64,000 nt of DNA from Candidatus Binatia bacterium (GTDB taxonomy: Bacteria > Desulfobacterota > Binatia > HRBIN30). Each line of letters opens with the position of its first letter. The stretch's first letter is position 1. Position numbers and translations under genes: made by a program. The notes under the pieces are model-generated. The model was not told the DNA's origin. It saw only the letters and a list, made by a program, of their open reading frames with translations, and ran no database searches. Shown here in pieces: positions 46,231 to 55,817 of this stretch. The DNA lies in the NCBI GenBank assembly GCA_026415395.1, contig JAOAHD010000003.1, forward strand, positions 135,195 through 199,194, given 5' to 3'.

Positions 46231-47025
46231 TTACTCGTCAGCATCCGATGGCGATCGGGGAGGCCGACACACCCCTCGGCGAGACGACCGAATGAACTGA
46301 ATCAAGTAGCCGACTTCCTCCGTAAGCTGCTCCGTTTCCAGTTCATTCAATCGCTCTTGGAGATTCCCACGCCGGAGAAACAGTTGCCGAAACGCCTTCC
46401 GGATGGCCCGAACCTGGTCCGCGGTGTAGCCGGCCCGGTAGAGTCCAATGCGGTTGACGCCACGCACGGTGTGCGTACCGTCAGCAATACAAAACGGAGG
46501 GACGTCTCGGGAGGTACGAGAAAGGCCTCGCATCAAAGCAAGTTTTCCTACACGAACATACTGATGCACAACACAGTTCCCGGAGATGAACGCCCCGTCT
46601 TCTACGTGGACATGACCCCCGAGGAGCGCTCCGCTCGCCAAAACCACATTGTTTCCGAGCGTGCAATTGTGCGCGACGTGTGAGTGCGTCATGAGGAAGT
46701 TGTCATGTCCAATACGGGTGACGGAACCTTTCTGGGTCCCACGGTGGACTTGCACGAACTCGCGGATCACATTGCGATCCCCGATCTCAACCAGGGAGTC
46801 CTCCCCCTTGTAAGAGCGATCTTGCGGAACATCCCCGATCACCGCGCTCGCATGAATCCTGTTTTCCGCGCCGATCTTGGTTGGTCCCAGAACCACCGCG
46901 TGAGCACCGATCTGGGTTCGAGCTCCAATCGTGACCGCCCCCTGAATGACCACATAAGGCCCGATTTCCGCTGTCACATCGATTTCGGCCTGAGGATCGA
47001 TAATGGCGGTTGGGTGAATCGGCAT
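46231..47025 (-). CDS. lpxA: Acyl-ACP--UDP-N-acetylglucosamine O-acyltransferase
   Basis: Left-handed beta-helix hexapeptide repeats. Strong colinearity with E. coli LpxA (MPIHPTAIIDPQAEI...IGDRNVIREFVQVHRGT...THSHVAHNCTLGNNVVLASGALLGGHVHVEDGAFISG...VRGVNRIGLYRAGY). Confidence 0.85.
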   Translation of the reverse strand: MPIHPTAIIDPQAEIDVTAEIGPYVVIQGAVTIGARTQIGAHAVVLGPTKIGAENRIHASAVIGDVPQDRSYKGEDSLVEIGDRNVIREFVQVHRGTQKGSVTRIGHDNFLMTHSHVAHNCTLGNNVVLASGALLGGHVHVEDGAFISGNCVVHQYVRVGKLALMRGLSRTSRDVPPFCIADGTHTVRGVNRIGLYRAGYTADQVRAIRKAFRQLFLRRGNLQERLNELETEQLTEEVGYLIQFIRSSRRGVCRPPRSPSDADE

Positions 47026-47031
47026 GGTCGA

Positions 47032-47232
47032 TCAGTCGCGAGGCTTAGGCGCCAGAGGATCGCTCGAGTGCTCGCAGTTAGTTTCGTGAGGTTCTTCTCC
47101 AGGAATGCGGTACGCCTCGGATGCCCATCGTCCAAAGTCCACAGCCTGACAACGTTGAGAACAAAATGGCCGCCATGGATTTTCTTCCCACCGAACGGGT
47201 GTGCGGCACACAGGGCACGTCAGCGAACGCAC
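47032..47232 (-). CDS. yacG: YacG-like zinc-binding protein (DNA gyrase inhibitor family)
   Basis: 66 aa. [31 protein letters not shown] matches the YacG CxxC...CxxRC zinc-finger pattern. Confidence 0.6.
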   Translation of the reverse strand: MRSLTCPVCRTPVRWEENPWRPFCSQRCQAVDFGRWASEAYRIPGEEPHETNCEHSSDPLAPKPRD

Positions 47233-47239
47233 AGCCGGA

Positions 47240-47440
47240 TCACCTTCCGTTGGCGTGCCGACGACCTTCGGCGTCCGTGAAGGGAGTAGAGCCGCCAGAA
47301 CTTTGCTGATCGAGGAGTCGTAAGAGTTCTTGCAGTTGCTCCTCGAGACGCCGAGTCCGTCTGGCCATCACCCAGAGATAGAGGAAGAGCATCGCCCAAA
47401 CAGCGGTGTAGGCAGCGAATAAGAAATGCAAGGAGTCCAT
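47240..47440 (-). CDS. ccmD: Heme exporter protein CcmD
   Basis: 66 aa single-transmembrane protein ([21 protein letters not shown]). Immediately downstream of ccmC, the conserved ccmD position. Confidence 0.55.
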   Translation of the reverse strand: MDSLHFLFAAYTAVWAMLFLYLWVMARRTRRLEEQLQELLRLLDQQSSGGSTPFTDAEGRRHANGR

Positions 47441-47453
47441 TCGTTTCGCCCCC

Positions 47454-48194
47454 TTAGTACCGCTGCAACAGAGATCGTTCTATGGCCCAAATGGTTTCTT
47501 GCAGGCGTGCTTGCGCAGCGCGCACGCGCAAGAGCCAGACAAACAATAACAACACTGCGATGAACGCGATCAGGAGAGTGATCTGCATGCGCGGATCCGT
47601 GAGGCCGGTGCCCCCTTCGCGAGTGACTAAAACGGCCGGGTGAATGGTGCGCCACCAATACACGGAGCGGTTGATGATAGGAATATCGAGCGCGCCCATG
47701 ATTCCCAAAATTGCGGCATAACGTGCGCCCTGCTCCGGATCGACGGTGAGATTGCGGAGCATCAGGTAGGCAACGTAAATGAGCCAGAGAATAAGTGTGG
47801 TTGTAAGCCGCGCATCCCATGTCCACCAGGTACCCCAAATCGGCTTTGCCCAAATCGGGCCGGTGATCAAGACAAGGGTACAGTACAAAACGCCGATCTC
47901 CGCGCTCACGTAGGCGATGCGATCCCATTTGGCATCATTCCGCCAGAGGTAGATGGCGCTCGCAACCGCAGTAACCCCGAACGCGATGAATGTCACTACC
48001 GCGAGAGGAACGTGGACATAAAAGATTCGCTGGACAACCCCCTGCACGCGATCGGTTGGAACGTAGATAAACACCGCCGCCAGGGCCAAAAACATTGCGG
48101 CACCGCACGCCGGAGGCACGATGCGTTCGAGCCAGACGCCACCAATCGGGGAAGTATGCATCACTGTTCCACTACATATTCGAACAGCAACCAA
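47454..48194 (-). CDS. ccmC: Heme exporter protein CcmC
   Basis: WWD motif WGTWWTWDARLTTTLILW. 246 aa, six transmembrane helices. Confidence 0.9.
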   Translation of the reverse strand: MVAVRICSGTVMHTSPIGGVWLERIVPPACGAAMFLALAAVFIYVPTDRVQGVVQRIFYVHVPLAVVTFIAFGVTAVASAIYLWRNDAKWDRIAYVSAEIGVLYCTLVLITGPIWAKPIWGTWWTWDARLTTTLILWLIYVAYLMLRNLTVDPEQGARYAAILGIMGALDIPIINRSVYWWRTIHPAVLVTREGGTGLTDPRMQITLLIAFIAVLLLFVWLLRVRAAQARLQETIWAIERSLLQRY

Positions 48195-48820
48195 GCAACA
48201 ACCAGTGCTGCAATATCAAAACCTACCATTAGATGGAGCCAGGCCACGGCGTCGCCCAGTGCTTGGCCTTGCAAAGAACGCTGGGTGACTTCGACCCCAC
48301 CTAAGAAGAGCGGGACCACCAGCGGTAATAACAGAAGTGGCAGCATGATTTCCCGGGCACGGGTGCGAATCGAAACCGCGGAGAAGATCGTGCCTAATGC
48401 GGATAGCCCTAAGGCGGCGAGCCCCGTGGCAACAAACCACGGCCAACAAGCGGCAGTAAGTTCGACGTCAAACAATACCACAAACAAGACAATCAGGGTC
48501 GCCGCCGCCACCAAAAGGTATACGAGGGTCGAAGTAACCTTAGCCAGGTACAGAGTCCCCCGATCGAGTGGGCTGAGCAACAGCCCTTGCCAGGCGTCGT
48601 TTCGCTCATCGGGAGCGAATGCCCGACCAAATCCGTAAACTGCGGCGAACAAAAAGGCCACCCAAAATGCGCCCGGGGCAGCGCTCGTGCGTTGGGGTGA
48701 GGTTGGGTCGAACGCAAAGCTCAGCACGAGGAGAGTCAAAACCCCCATGAGTAAGACGGCGGCCAGTACCTCCCGCGTCCGCCACTCGAGCAGCAAATCC
48801 TTCTTAACGAGCTCCCACAT
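48161..48820 (-). CDS. ccmB: Heme exporter permease CcmB
   Basis: Polytopic membrane protein between ccmA and ccmC. Probable start MWELVKKDLLLEW. The ORF track extends to 48910, overlapping ccmA. Confidence 0.8.
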   Translation of the reverse strand: MWELVKKDLLLEWRTREVLAAVLLMGVLTLLVLSFAFDPTSPQRTSAAPGAFWVAFLFAAVYGFGRAFAPDERNDAWQGLLLSPLDRGTLYLAKVTSTLVYLLVAAATLIVLFVVLFDVELTAACWPWFVATGLAALGLSALGTIFSAVSIRTRAREIMLPLLLLPLVVPLFLGGVEVTQRSLQGQALGDAVAWLHLMVGFDIAALVVAWLLFEYVVEQ

Positions 48821-48848
48821 TGGTGTACGCTCGAGACGCGTGTTCGCC

Positions 48849-49610
48849 TCACATCGCGGTACGCATCCACTGCTTGTACGCATTAACCAGGACCCGCGGC
48901 ATCGGGCCATCGTAAACGATACGGCCGGAGCGCAAGCAAATGACTCGTTGGCAAAAGGTTTCCGCCTGAGCGAAGTCGTGCGTCGACATCACCAACGTCC
49001 TCGCTTCACCCCTGCAGATGGTCCCCAAGTAACCCATCACTAGGTCGCGGCCCTCAGCATCGATTCCGGTTAACGGCTCGTCCAGCAGCAGTAGCTTTGG
49101 GTCGTGAATAAGCGCCCTTGCAAGTCCGGCGCGCTGCTCGAGCCCTCGCGAGAGGCTACCAACCGGGCGTTCTCGCCAGCCGATTAACCCAAGCTGCTCG
49201 CAAACTTCGGAAACCCTCTCGCGAGGCCTAGGAACACCATACAAACGCGCGTAGAGAGTGAGGTTCTCTCTTACGGTGAGCTGGGGATACAGGAGACTTG
49301 AGTGGCCCAGGTACCCAATTTGTCCACGAATCCAGCACGCCTGATCCCCAGGGGATTTTCCAAACAGCCGCAGAGTGCCCTCGCTAGGAGACCACAAGGT
49401 TGCAAAGAGTTTTAACAAGGTGCTCTTCCCCGCTCCGTTCGGGCCAACGAGCACTACCGCTTCCCCTCGGCGAATCTGGACATCCACCGAACGCAAAGCC
49501 CAATCATAGCCCAAGCGCTTTCCGAGCCCGCTCGATTGGACACAGGCTGATTGCTGAACACTGGAGTCCTGCGGCGAGCCCCGTTGCGCAAACGTCATGT
49601 GTCCATCCAC
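48849..49610 (-). CDS. ccmA: Heme exporter ABC ATPase CcmA
   Basis: Walker A GPNGAGKSTLLKL, signature LSRGLEQRAGLARAL, Walker B LLLDEPLTGID. First gene of the ccm locus. Confidence 0.85.
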   Translation of the reverse strand: MDGHMTFAQRGSPQDSSVQQSACVQSSGLGKRLGYDWALRSVDVQIRRGEAVVLVGPNGAGKSTLLKLFATLWSPSEGTLRLFGKSPGDQACWIRGQIGYLGHSSLLYPQLTVRENLTLYARLYGVPRPRERVSEVCEQLGLIGWRERPVGSLSRGLEQRAGLARALIHDPKLLLLDEPLTGIDAEGRDLVMGYLGTICRGEARTLVMSTHDFAQAETFCQRVICLRSGRIVYDGPMPRVLVNAYKQWMRTAM

Positions 49611-49696
49611 CTCTCCAAGAACGGCAAAGCAAACATAAACCTCCGCCCACTGCTAGCGGTGCCTTGAACCTCTAGCAGGGCTGGGCTACGGGAATC

Positions 49697-50257
49697 GTGC
49701 TCGTCTTTCTTCTGGAAAGTTCCGCTGTGAAGCTTATTGTCCGCGACATTCAAGAGGAGCCACGCAGAGTCGTCTACGAGGAGCCAGTTGGTGCGCTGAA
49801 CGCGCTGCTGGCCGCTGGCGGAGTGTGCGATTTTGAGCTGCCGCGCAATGCGAGCGTGCGGCTAGATTATTACCGGGTCGGCGTCGAGGTCTTCCTGCAG
49901 GGGCACATCACGGGACAGGCGATTGGCCATTGTGCTCGGTGCCTCGAAAGTTACCCCTTTGAGTTCGGCACGGACTTTTCGTTGGTGTTGGTGCCTCGGG
50001 AGGATCTCCCGGTCAATATGGAACTCACTGAGGATGATCTCGATCTCGCCTATTATCAGGGCGAAGAGATTGACCTTGGCCCGATCGTCGATGAACACAT
50101 CATCCTCGCACTGCCCACGCGCCCGCTTTGCAATGAGGCGTGCCGAGGATTGTGCCCCACTTGTGGGGTGAACAGAAACATACATCCCTGCGCTTGCGAA
50201 ACTGAGCAGAGGGACCCACGGTGGGCGGCCCTTAGAGAAATTAAACTGACTCGTTAG
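49697..50257 (+). CDS. yceD: YceD/DUF177 family protein (large ribosomal RNA subunit accumulation protein)
   Basis: 186 aa. C-terminal Cys cluster CNEACRGLCPTCGVNRNIHPCAC. Conserved position immediately upstream of rpmF. Confidence 0.75.
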   Translation: MLVFLLESSAVKLIVRDIQEEPRRVVYEEPVGALNALLAAGGVCDFELPRNASVRLDYYRVGVEVFLQGHITGQAIGHCARCLESYPFEFGTDFSLVLVPREDLPVNMELTEDDLDLAYYQGEEIDLGPIVDEHIILALPTRPLCNEACRGLCPTCGVNRNIHPCACETEQRDPRWAALREIKLTR

Positions 50258-50325
50258 GCTGGCAACAGCTCGTCCTAGTAACAGTCGCAGAGCTTTGGCG
50301 GGGTGTATAGTGGAGGAGAATCACT

Positions 50326-50508
50326 ATGGCTGTACCAAAAAGAAAGACATCAAAGTCCAAGCGTAACAAGCGGCGCGCTCACGACGCCTTGGTGCCAGTG
50401 ACCGTCACCCTGTGCCCCGAGTGTGGAGAGCCAAAACTTCCGCACCGAGTTTGTGCGCACTGTGGGTCGTACCGAGGCCGGAAGGTCGTCAACATTGGCG
50501 TTGACTAA
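50326..50508 (+). CDS. rpmF: 50S ribosomal protein L32
   Basis: [19 protein letters not shown]... with a [18 protein letters not shown] zinc ribbon. 60 aa. Confidence 0.9.
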   Translation: MAVPKRKTSKSKRNKRRAHDALVPVTVTLCPECGEPKLPHRVCAHCGSYRGRKVVNIGVD

Positions 50509-51431
50509 TGAAGGCGATCTTACTCTTCCCCGGCCAAGGGTCACAGACCGTTGGCATGGGGAGAGCTCTTTACGAGCGTCACGCTTATGTAAGGGAGCTC
50601 TTTGCCGAGGCCGACGAAGTCCTGGGGTTTGGGCTCACGCGCCTTTGCCTGGAGGGGCCCGCGGACCAACTGACCCTCACCGCTAATGCTCAGCCGGCTT
50701 TGCTTTTAGTGAGCACGGCATACTGGTTTGTATTGCAGCGGGAGCACGGCATCCAGCCAGTTGCGGCTGCTGGGCACAGCTTGGGAGAGTTCAGTGCGCT
50801 GGTCGCGGCCGGGTCGCTCGTCTTTGCCGAGGCTTTGCGTTTGGTTCACGAACGGGGACGGGCCATGCAAGCCGCAGTTGCCCCAGGACGAGGTGCCATG
50901 GCGGCAATTTTCGGACTGGATGCGGATGCCCTGGCGGCTCTATGCCGCAAGCACTCGCAAGGTAGTGTGGTGTCGCCAGCGAATTTCAATGGCGCTGGGC
51001 AGATCGTGATTGCTGGTGAGAGACAGGCGGTGGGCCGGGTTGTCGCCGCAGCAAAAGAGGTAGGAGCCAAGCGGGCGGTTTTCCTTCAGGTAAGTGCTCC
51101 CTTCCATTGCGAGCTCATGGTACCGGCCGCGGCCCGCCTGGAGGAAGTCCTTTCTGAGACAAAAATTTGCCCGACAGTCTTTCCCGTGCTGTCGAACGTT
51201 ACCGCGGAGCCATACCCGTCCGACGTATCGGAAATGCGACAGTTGTTGGTGCGGCAAGTAACGGCGCCAGTTCAGTGGGAACGGTGTGTCCGCTCGCTGG
51301 TCGAGTATTCGTGCGGCACAGCCATCGAGGTTGGGCCAGGGAGAGTTTTGACGAATCTTGCGAAAAGAATGGTTGCGCACTGGAACTGCCTTTCGGCGGA
51401 TGATCTCGACGGACTTCGGGGGATGCCGTGA
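50508..51431 (+). CDS. fabD: Malonyl-CoA:ACP transacylase
   Basis: [18 protein letters not shown]. Active-site [14 protein letters not shown]. 307 aa. Confidence 0.9.
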   Translation: MKAILLFPGQGSQTVGMGRALYERHAYVRELFAEADEVLGFGLTRLCLEGPADQLTLTANAQPALLLVSTAYWFVLQREHGIQPVAAAGHSLGEFSALVAAGSLVFAEALRLVHERGRAMQAAVAPGRGAMAAIFGLDADALAALCRKHSQGSVVSPANFNGAGQIVIAGERQAVGRVVAAAKEVGAKRAVFLQVSAPFHCELMVPAAARLEEVLSETKICPTVFPVLSNVTAEPYPSDVSEMRQLLVRQVTAPVQWERCVRSLVEYSCGTAIEVGPGRVLTNLAKRMVAHWNCLSADDLDGLRGMP

Positions 51432-52177
51432 GTGGGGAGCTTGCTGGGCAGGTGGCTTTAGTGACGGGTGGCTCGCGTGGGATTGGCCGGGCCATTGCGA
51501 CTAGGTTGGCCAGAGCCGGAGCGCGGGTCGTCGTAAATTACTTGCAAAACCAAGAGGCCGCATTGGCCACCGTTCAGGCAATTTCCGCTGAGGGTGGAGA
51601 AGCTGAGGCGATTGCTTTTGATGTGAGCGATGCGCAAGCTGTGCAAGGTGCCGTCAAAGAAGTGGTCGGCCGTCACGGCCGCATTGATATTCTGGTGAAC
51701 AACGCTGGCGGCACATCGGATCAACTTCTTTTACGGTTGAACGAAGAGGAGTGGGATCGCGTTTTGCGGGTCAATCTGACCGGCACCTTCTTGTGCACCA
51801 AAGCCGTTCTTCGTTCGATGTTGCGTTCTCGCTACGGCCGTATCGTGAACATCAGTTCGGTGGCGGGCCATTTGGGAAACATCGGGCAGACCGCCTACTC
51901 TGCTGCGAAGGCGGGTATCGAGGGATTCTCACGATCGTTGGCGAGGGAAGTGGCGACCCGGAACATTACGGTAAATGTCGTCGCCCCAGGGTTCATTGCA
52001 ACGGAAATGGTCGACAGACTCCCCGAGGAGCTAAAGCAGGTGTACCTTCAGTTGATCCCGATGGAGCGTTGGGGCAAACCTGAAGAGGTTGCAGAGACAG
52101 TCCTGTTTCTAGTACAGCCTGCGGCAGCGTACATTACCGGCCAAGTGATCGGTGTGAATGGCGGACTGTACATGTGA
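51428..52177 (+). CDS. fabG: 3-oxoacyl-ACP reductase
   Basis: Short-chain dehydrogenase/reductase. [15 protein letters not shown](P)-binding motif, catalytic YSAAK, NISSV. 249 aa. Overlaps the fabD stop. Confidence 0.9.
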   Translation: MSGELAGQVALVTGGSRGIGRAIATRLARAGARVVVNYLQNQEAALATVQAISAEGGEAEAIAFDVSDAQAVQGAVKEVVGRHGRIDILVNNAGGTSDQLLLRLNEEEWDRVLRVNLTGTFLCTKAVLRSMLRSRYGRIVNISSVAGHLGNIGQTAYSAAKAGIEGFSRSLAREVATRNITVNVVAPGFIATEMVDRLPEELKQVYLQLIPMERWGKPEEVAETVLFLVQPAAAYITGQVIGVNGGLYM

Positions 52178-52258
52178 CCGATTGTAGAGAACGCAAGCTA
52201 CGTTTTTGCCCGAGCAAGTGGTCGCACAGGGCCCTGGGCCTGCATCCCTGATAGGAGG

Positions 52259-52513
52259 TTGATCATGGCGTCATCGGTCGAAGCAAAGGTAAAGGAGATC
52301 ATTGCCGAGCAGCTTGGAGTCAGTGAGGATGAGGTGACCCCCTCGGCATCGTTTATCGAGGATTTAGGTGCTGACTCGCTCGATATCGTCGAGCTGATCA
52401 TGGCCCTCGAGGAGGAATACGATTTGGAGATCAGTGACGAGGAGGCGGAAAAGATTCGTACTGTCCAAGATGTGATCGATTACATTGAGTCCCACAAGCA
52501 AAGCGCACGATGA
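52259..52513 (+). CDS. acpP: Acyl carrier protein
   Basis: [32 protein letters not shown], with the phosphopantetheine attachment Ser in DSLD. About 80 aa. Confidence 0.9.
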   Translation: MIMASSVEAKVKEIIAEQLGVSEDEVTPSASFIEDLGADSLDIVELIMALEEEYDLEISDEEAEKIRTVQDVIDYIESHKQSAR

Positions 52514-53760
52514 GCGAACTCGCTCGGACCGACCCCGAGATTTATCGCATCTTGCGGCTGGAGGCCCAGCGACAGGAGTACAACCTGGAGCTGATTGCTT
52601 CCGAAAACATTGTGAGCCGTAGCGTCCTCGAGGCGCAGGGCTCCATCCTGACGAACAAGTACGCTGAAGGCTACCCGGGCAAGCGGTACTATGGGGGTTG
52701 CGAGTACGTGGACATGGCCGAGCAACTAGCCATTGATCGTGCCAAGCTCCTTTTTGGTGCAGACTATGTGAACGTGCAGCCGCACTCTGGGTCGCAGGCG
52801 AACATGGCTGTGTACTTTTCGCAGCTGGAGCCTGGGGACACGATCCTAGCGATGGACCTGACGCACGGGGGGCATTTAACCCACGGAAGCCCGGTCAACT
52901 TTTCTGGCAAGTTTTTCAAGGTGATCCCGTACGGGGTTCGGCGGGACGATGAGCGCATCGACTACGAACAAGTCGCTGCGCTTGCCCGTGAACATCGACC
53001 GCGGATGATTGTCGTGGGTTACAGTGCCTATCCACGCGAGATCGATTTCGCCAAATTTCGCGCCATTGCCGACGACGTAGGCGCGACAGTGATGGCGGAC
53101 ATCGCGCACTTTGCAGGTTTGGTTGCGGCAGGCATTCATCCCTCTCCGATTCCCTACTGTGAATTTGTGACCACCACGACGCACAAAACACTGCGAGGCC
53201 CCCGTGGCGGTATGATCATGTGTAAAGAGCCGTATGCGAAAAGCATCGCCTCGTCAGTGTTCCCAGGAAATCAAGGTGGGCCTCTCATGCACGTGATCGC
53301 GGCCAAAGCAGTAGCGTTCCAGGAGGCACTGCAACCGGAATTTAAGGCTTACCAACGACAAGTGGTGGCGAATGCAAAGGCGTTGTGCCGGGCGTTACAG
53401 GCGCGGGGATTTCGGGCAGTGTCAGGCGGCACCGATAACCATTTGATGCTCATTGATCTTCGGCCATCGGAGCTCACGGGTAAAGTGGCGCAAGAAACGC
53501 TCGACCGAGCCCACATTACGGTCAACAAGAATACCGTGCCCTTCGAAACCCGATCTCCATTTGTGACCAGTGGTATTCGCATTGGCACCCCCGCGGTGAC
53601 GACCCGGGGCATGAAAGAAGGCGAGATGGAGATCATCGCCGATTTTATTACACGCGCGCTGCAGAACGTGGGAAACGATAAGGTCTTACAGTCTATTGCC
53701 GACGACGTGGTCTCTCTCTGCAAGAAATTCCCGATCGGCTACGAGCAGTTGTTTGGATGA
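52510..53760 (+). CDS. glyA: Serine hydroxymethyltransferase
   Basis: [45 protein letters not shown]-Lys region [13 protein letters not shown]. 416 aa. Overlaps the acpP stop. Confidence 0.92.
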   Translation: MSELARTDPEIYRILRLEAQRQEYNLELIASENIVSRSVLEAQGSILTNKYAEGYPGKRYYGGCEYVDMAEQLAIDRAKLLFGADYVNVQPHSGSQANMAVYFSQLEPGDTILAMDLTHGGHLTHGSPVNFSGKFFKVIPYGVRRDDERIDYEQVAALAREHRPRMIVVGYSAYPREIDFAKFRAIADDVGATVMADIAHFAGLVAAGIHPSPIPYCEFVTTTTHKTLRGPRGGMIMCKEPYAKSIASSVFPGNQGGPLMHVIAAKAVAFQEALQPEFKAYQRQVVANAKALCRALQARGFRAVSGGTDNHLMLIDLRPSELTGKVAQETLDRAHITVNKNTVPFETRSPFVTSGIRIGTPAVTTRGMKEGEMEIIADFITRALQNVGNDKVLQSIADDVVSLCKKFPIGYEQLFG

Positions 53761-54173
53761 GCCGGCAAGCGACGGTTTCTGCAATAGCAGGCGTTCTCTT
53801 TGCTTCGGTTCCAACTCTGAGCTTGCGGCCGAACGTGTGTTGGGCGCATGCTCGTCTGTTGCGTTCGGAACCTGTCAATCGCGAAGTGCTGCGGAGCTCA
53901 CCGCCGATGATTCGCTTGTGGTTTAACGAGCTGCTCGATCGCGGCTTTCACTCAATCGAAGTATTTGTCGCTTCGGAGCTCAAGGCAAAACGCCGGCGCA
54001 ACCTGGCATCCGGTTCCCCAGAGGTGAATCCAGACGATCGTACGGAGCTGCGTGTTCGCATCCCGGAGTTGTCTCCTGGAGAGTACGTGGTCGAGTACCG
54101 GGTGCTGTCGCGTGACGGTCATAGCGCCCCGGGGCGAATCACTTTTGAAATTCGGGCCCCGGAGGAGCCGTAG
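53757..54173 (+). CDS. copC: CopC-domain copper-binding periplasmic protein
   Basis: Signal peptide, then [40 protein letters not shown]...[24 protein letters not shown], a CopC-type Greek-key fold pattern. Overlaps the glyA stop. Confidence 0.7.
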   Translation: MSRQATVSAIAGVLFASVPTLSLRPNVCWAHARLLRSEPVNREVLRSSPPMIRLWFNELLDRGFHSIEVFVASELKAKRRRNLASGSPEVNPDDRTELRVRIPELSPGEYVVEYRVLSRDGHSAPGRITFEIRAPEEP

Positions 54174-54197
54174 ATTGTTCGGTCGGGTTCGGATCCC

Positions 54198-55817
54198 GTG
54201 GAACATTCGCTGCTCCATGGTTTGCAGCTTCTCGGTCTGATCGTCGTGGGTGGAACCTTTTGGTTCCTCCTCCTTGCATTTCTCGCGGGGATAACGTCCG
54301 AAAGGCGTGAGGCGGTGGACCTCGCTTGCTTGTGGGGGCGGCGCGCAAGCTGGACTGCTGGGCTCGCTGCCCTTGCGGACCTTTTTGTGCAAGTAGCCGA
54401 AGTGAAGGGGCGTACGGTGTTCGGCGGAGTGGATCCGACGTTGGTAGCGTCGTTCGTCGCTTCGACGACCGTAGGACAAATGGGTTTTGCACGGGCAATT
54501 CTTCTGCTGCTGTGCGGTCTAGCTTTGGCGATTCCGCTGCGAACCCCGGGGGTTCTCACTGCCCTGCCCTTCTATGTAGTGTCGGCGACACTCGCGGCTG
54601 CGGTGAGCCATGCGGGGGCGCAGCCAGAGAAAACCATCCTGGCCGTGGCATTGCACTTAGCCCACATCATGGCACTGTCTGCTTGGATTGGCGTTCTTTT
54701 GCACCTTTGGCTAGGCCGCCGACAATGGATCGAACCTGACACTGGTGACGCTGCTGCACGATGGGTCAGGCTGCTTGCGTGGTTTTCCCCAGTTGCGGGG
54801 TCTTCTGCTGCTCTCGTTTTCGTCACAGGCGTGCTCGCGGCTGTTCGTTTTGTACCCTCACTGCGGGATCTGTTTGTCTCCGCTTACGGGCTCACCCTGC
54901 TTTTGAAGCTGGTTCTCGTGGCGGTGGTCGGAGTTGCCGGCGCGTATAACTTTTTGGTCGCAGTGCCTCGCCTGAAACAAGCAGCGCGAGAATTTACCGC
55001 GGTTGCCTGGTTTTCCGCGACGCGGCGATTTCACCGCAGCTTGGAGTTGGAGGCGACAGCCGCCTTTCTCGTGGTCATCGTGGCCGGGATTGTCGGTTCC
55101 ATTTCTCCCCCAGGAGCGGATGGCTCAGTAACCCTTAGCCGCGAACAGGTGGCTGTTTTGATGACTCCGAAGCTCCCCTCAACATCCTTCGTGGACCCCA
55201 CGCTTTTTGTCGGCGATTGGGAGCGGAACCGCTTCGATCTTTTGTACTCCGAGTTCATGCATAATTGGTCGGGCTTAGGGGTAACGTTGATGGCCACGTT
55301 GTGGCTGCTTCAGGCCGCGGGTGGTCGAGTCGAAATGGTCGCCTCGAAGGTCTGGCCTGCTTTCCTCGTGCCTTTTGCTCTCTTCATCGCAATCTTCGCT
55401 GATCCGGAGGTATTTCTGTTGCGTCAGGTGAAGTTTCGAGAGGCACTGAGCGACCCCGTGGTGTTGGAACATCAAGCGGGTGCGATCATGGTGTTGGCTC
55501 TGGCGTGGCTCGGGTGGCGTGACCGTTATCGACCCGCCTCGCAGCGGCCGCTCGGCCCCGGACTGCCGATTTTGATGATCGTGGGAAGCGTGTTGCTACT
55601 CGGGCACGCACACGCGTCGGTACGGTCCACCCAGGAGTTGACCAACATCATCAATGTCCAACACGCCGTCTTCGGTACACTTGGCTTGCTGGCCGGCGTG
55701 ACACGGTGGCTGATGCTCCGCGGTATCATCCCTTCGGCAGCGGCACGATTTCTCTGGCCCGTCTTGGTGATGCTGCTAGGCCTCTTTATGACGTTTTTCT
55801 ACCGCGAGGTACTTTGA
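54198..55817 (+). CDS. copD: CopD-family polytopic membrane protein, extended (539 aa, about twice canonical CopD length)
   Basis: Many transmembrane helices with conserved His-containing helices (LHLAHIMALSAWIGVLLHLWL). Directly follows copC. The C-terminal about 250 aa are additional transmembrane helices of unknown affiliation. Confidence 0.65.
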   Translation: MEHSLLHGLQLLGLIVVGGTFWFLLLAFLAGITSERREAVDLACLWGRRASWTAGLAALADLFVQVAEVKGRTVFGGVDPTLVASFVASTTVGQMGFARAILLLLCGLALAIPLRTPGVLTALPFYVVSATLAAAVSHAGAQPEKTILAVALHLAHIMALSAWIGVLLHLWLGRRQWIEPDTGDAAARWVRLLAWFSPVAGSSAALVFVTGVLAAVRFVPSLRDLFVSAYGLTLLLKLVLVAVVGVAGAYNFLVAVPRLKQAAREFTAVAWFSATRRFHRSLELEATAAFLVVIVAGIVGSISPPGADGSVTLSREQVAVLMTPKLPSTSFVDPTLFVGDWERNRFDLLYSEFMHNWSGLGVTLMATLWLLQAAGGRVEMVASKVWPAFLVPFALFIAIFADPEVFLLRQVKFREALSDPVVLEHQAGAIMVLALAWLGWRDRYRPASQRPLGPGLPILMIVGSVLLLGHAHASVRSTQELTNIINVQHAVFGTLGLLAGVTRWLMLRGIIPSAAARFLWPVLVMLLGLFMTFFYREVL

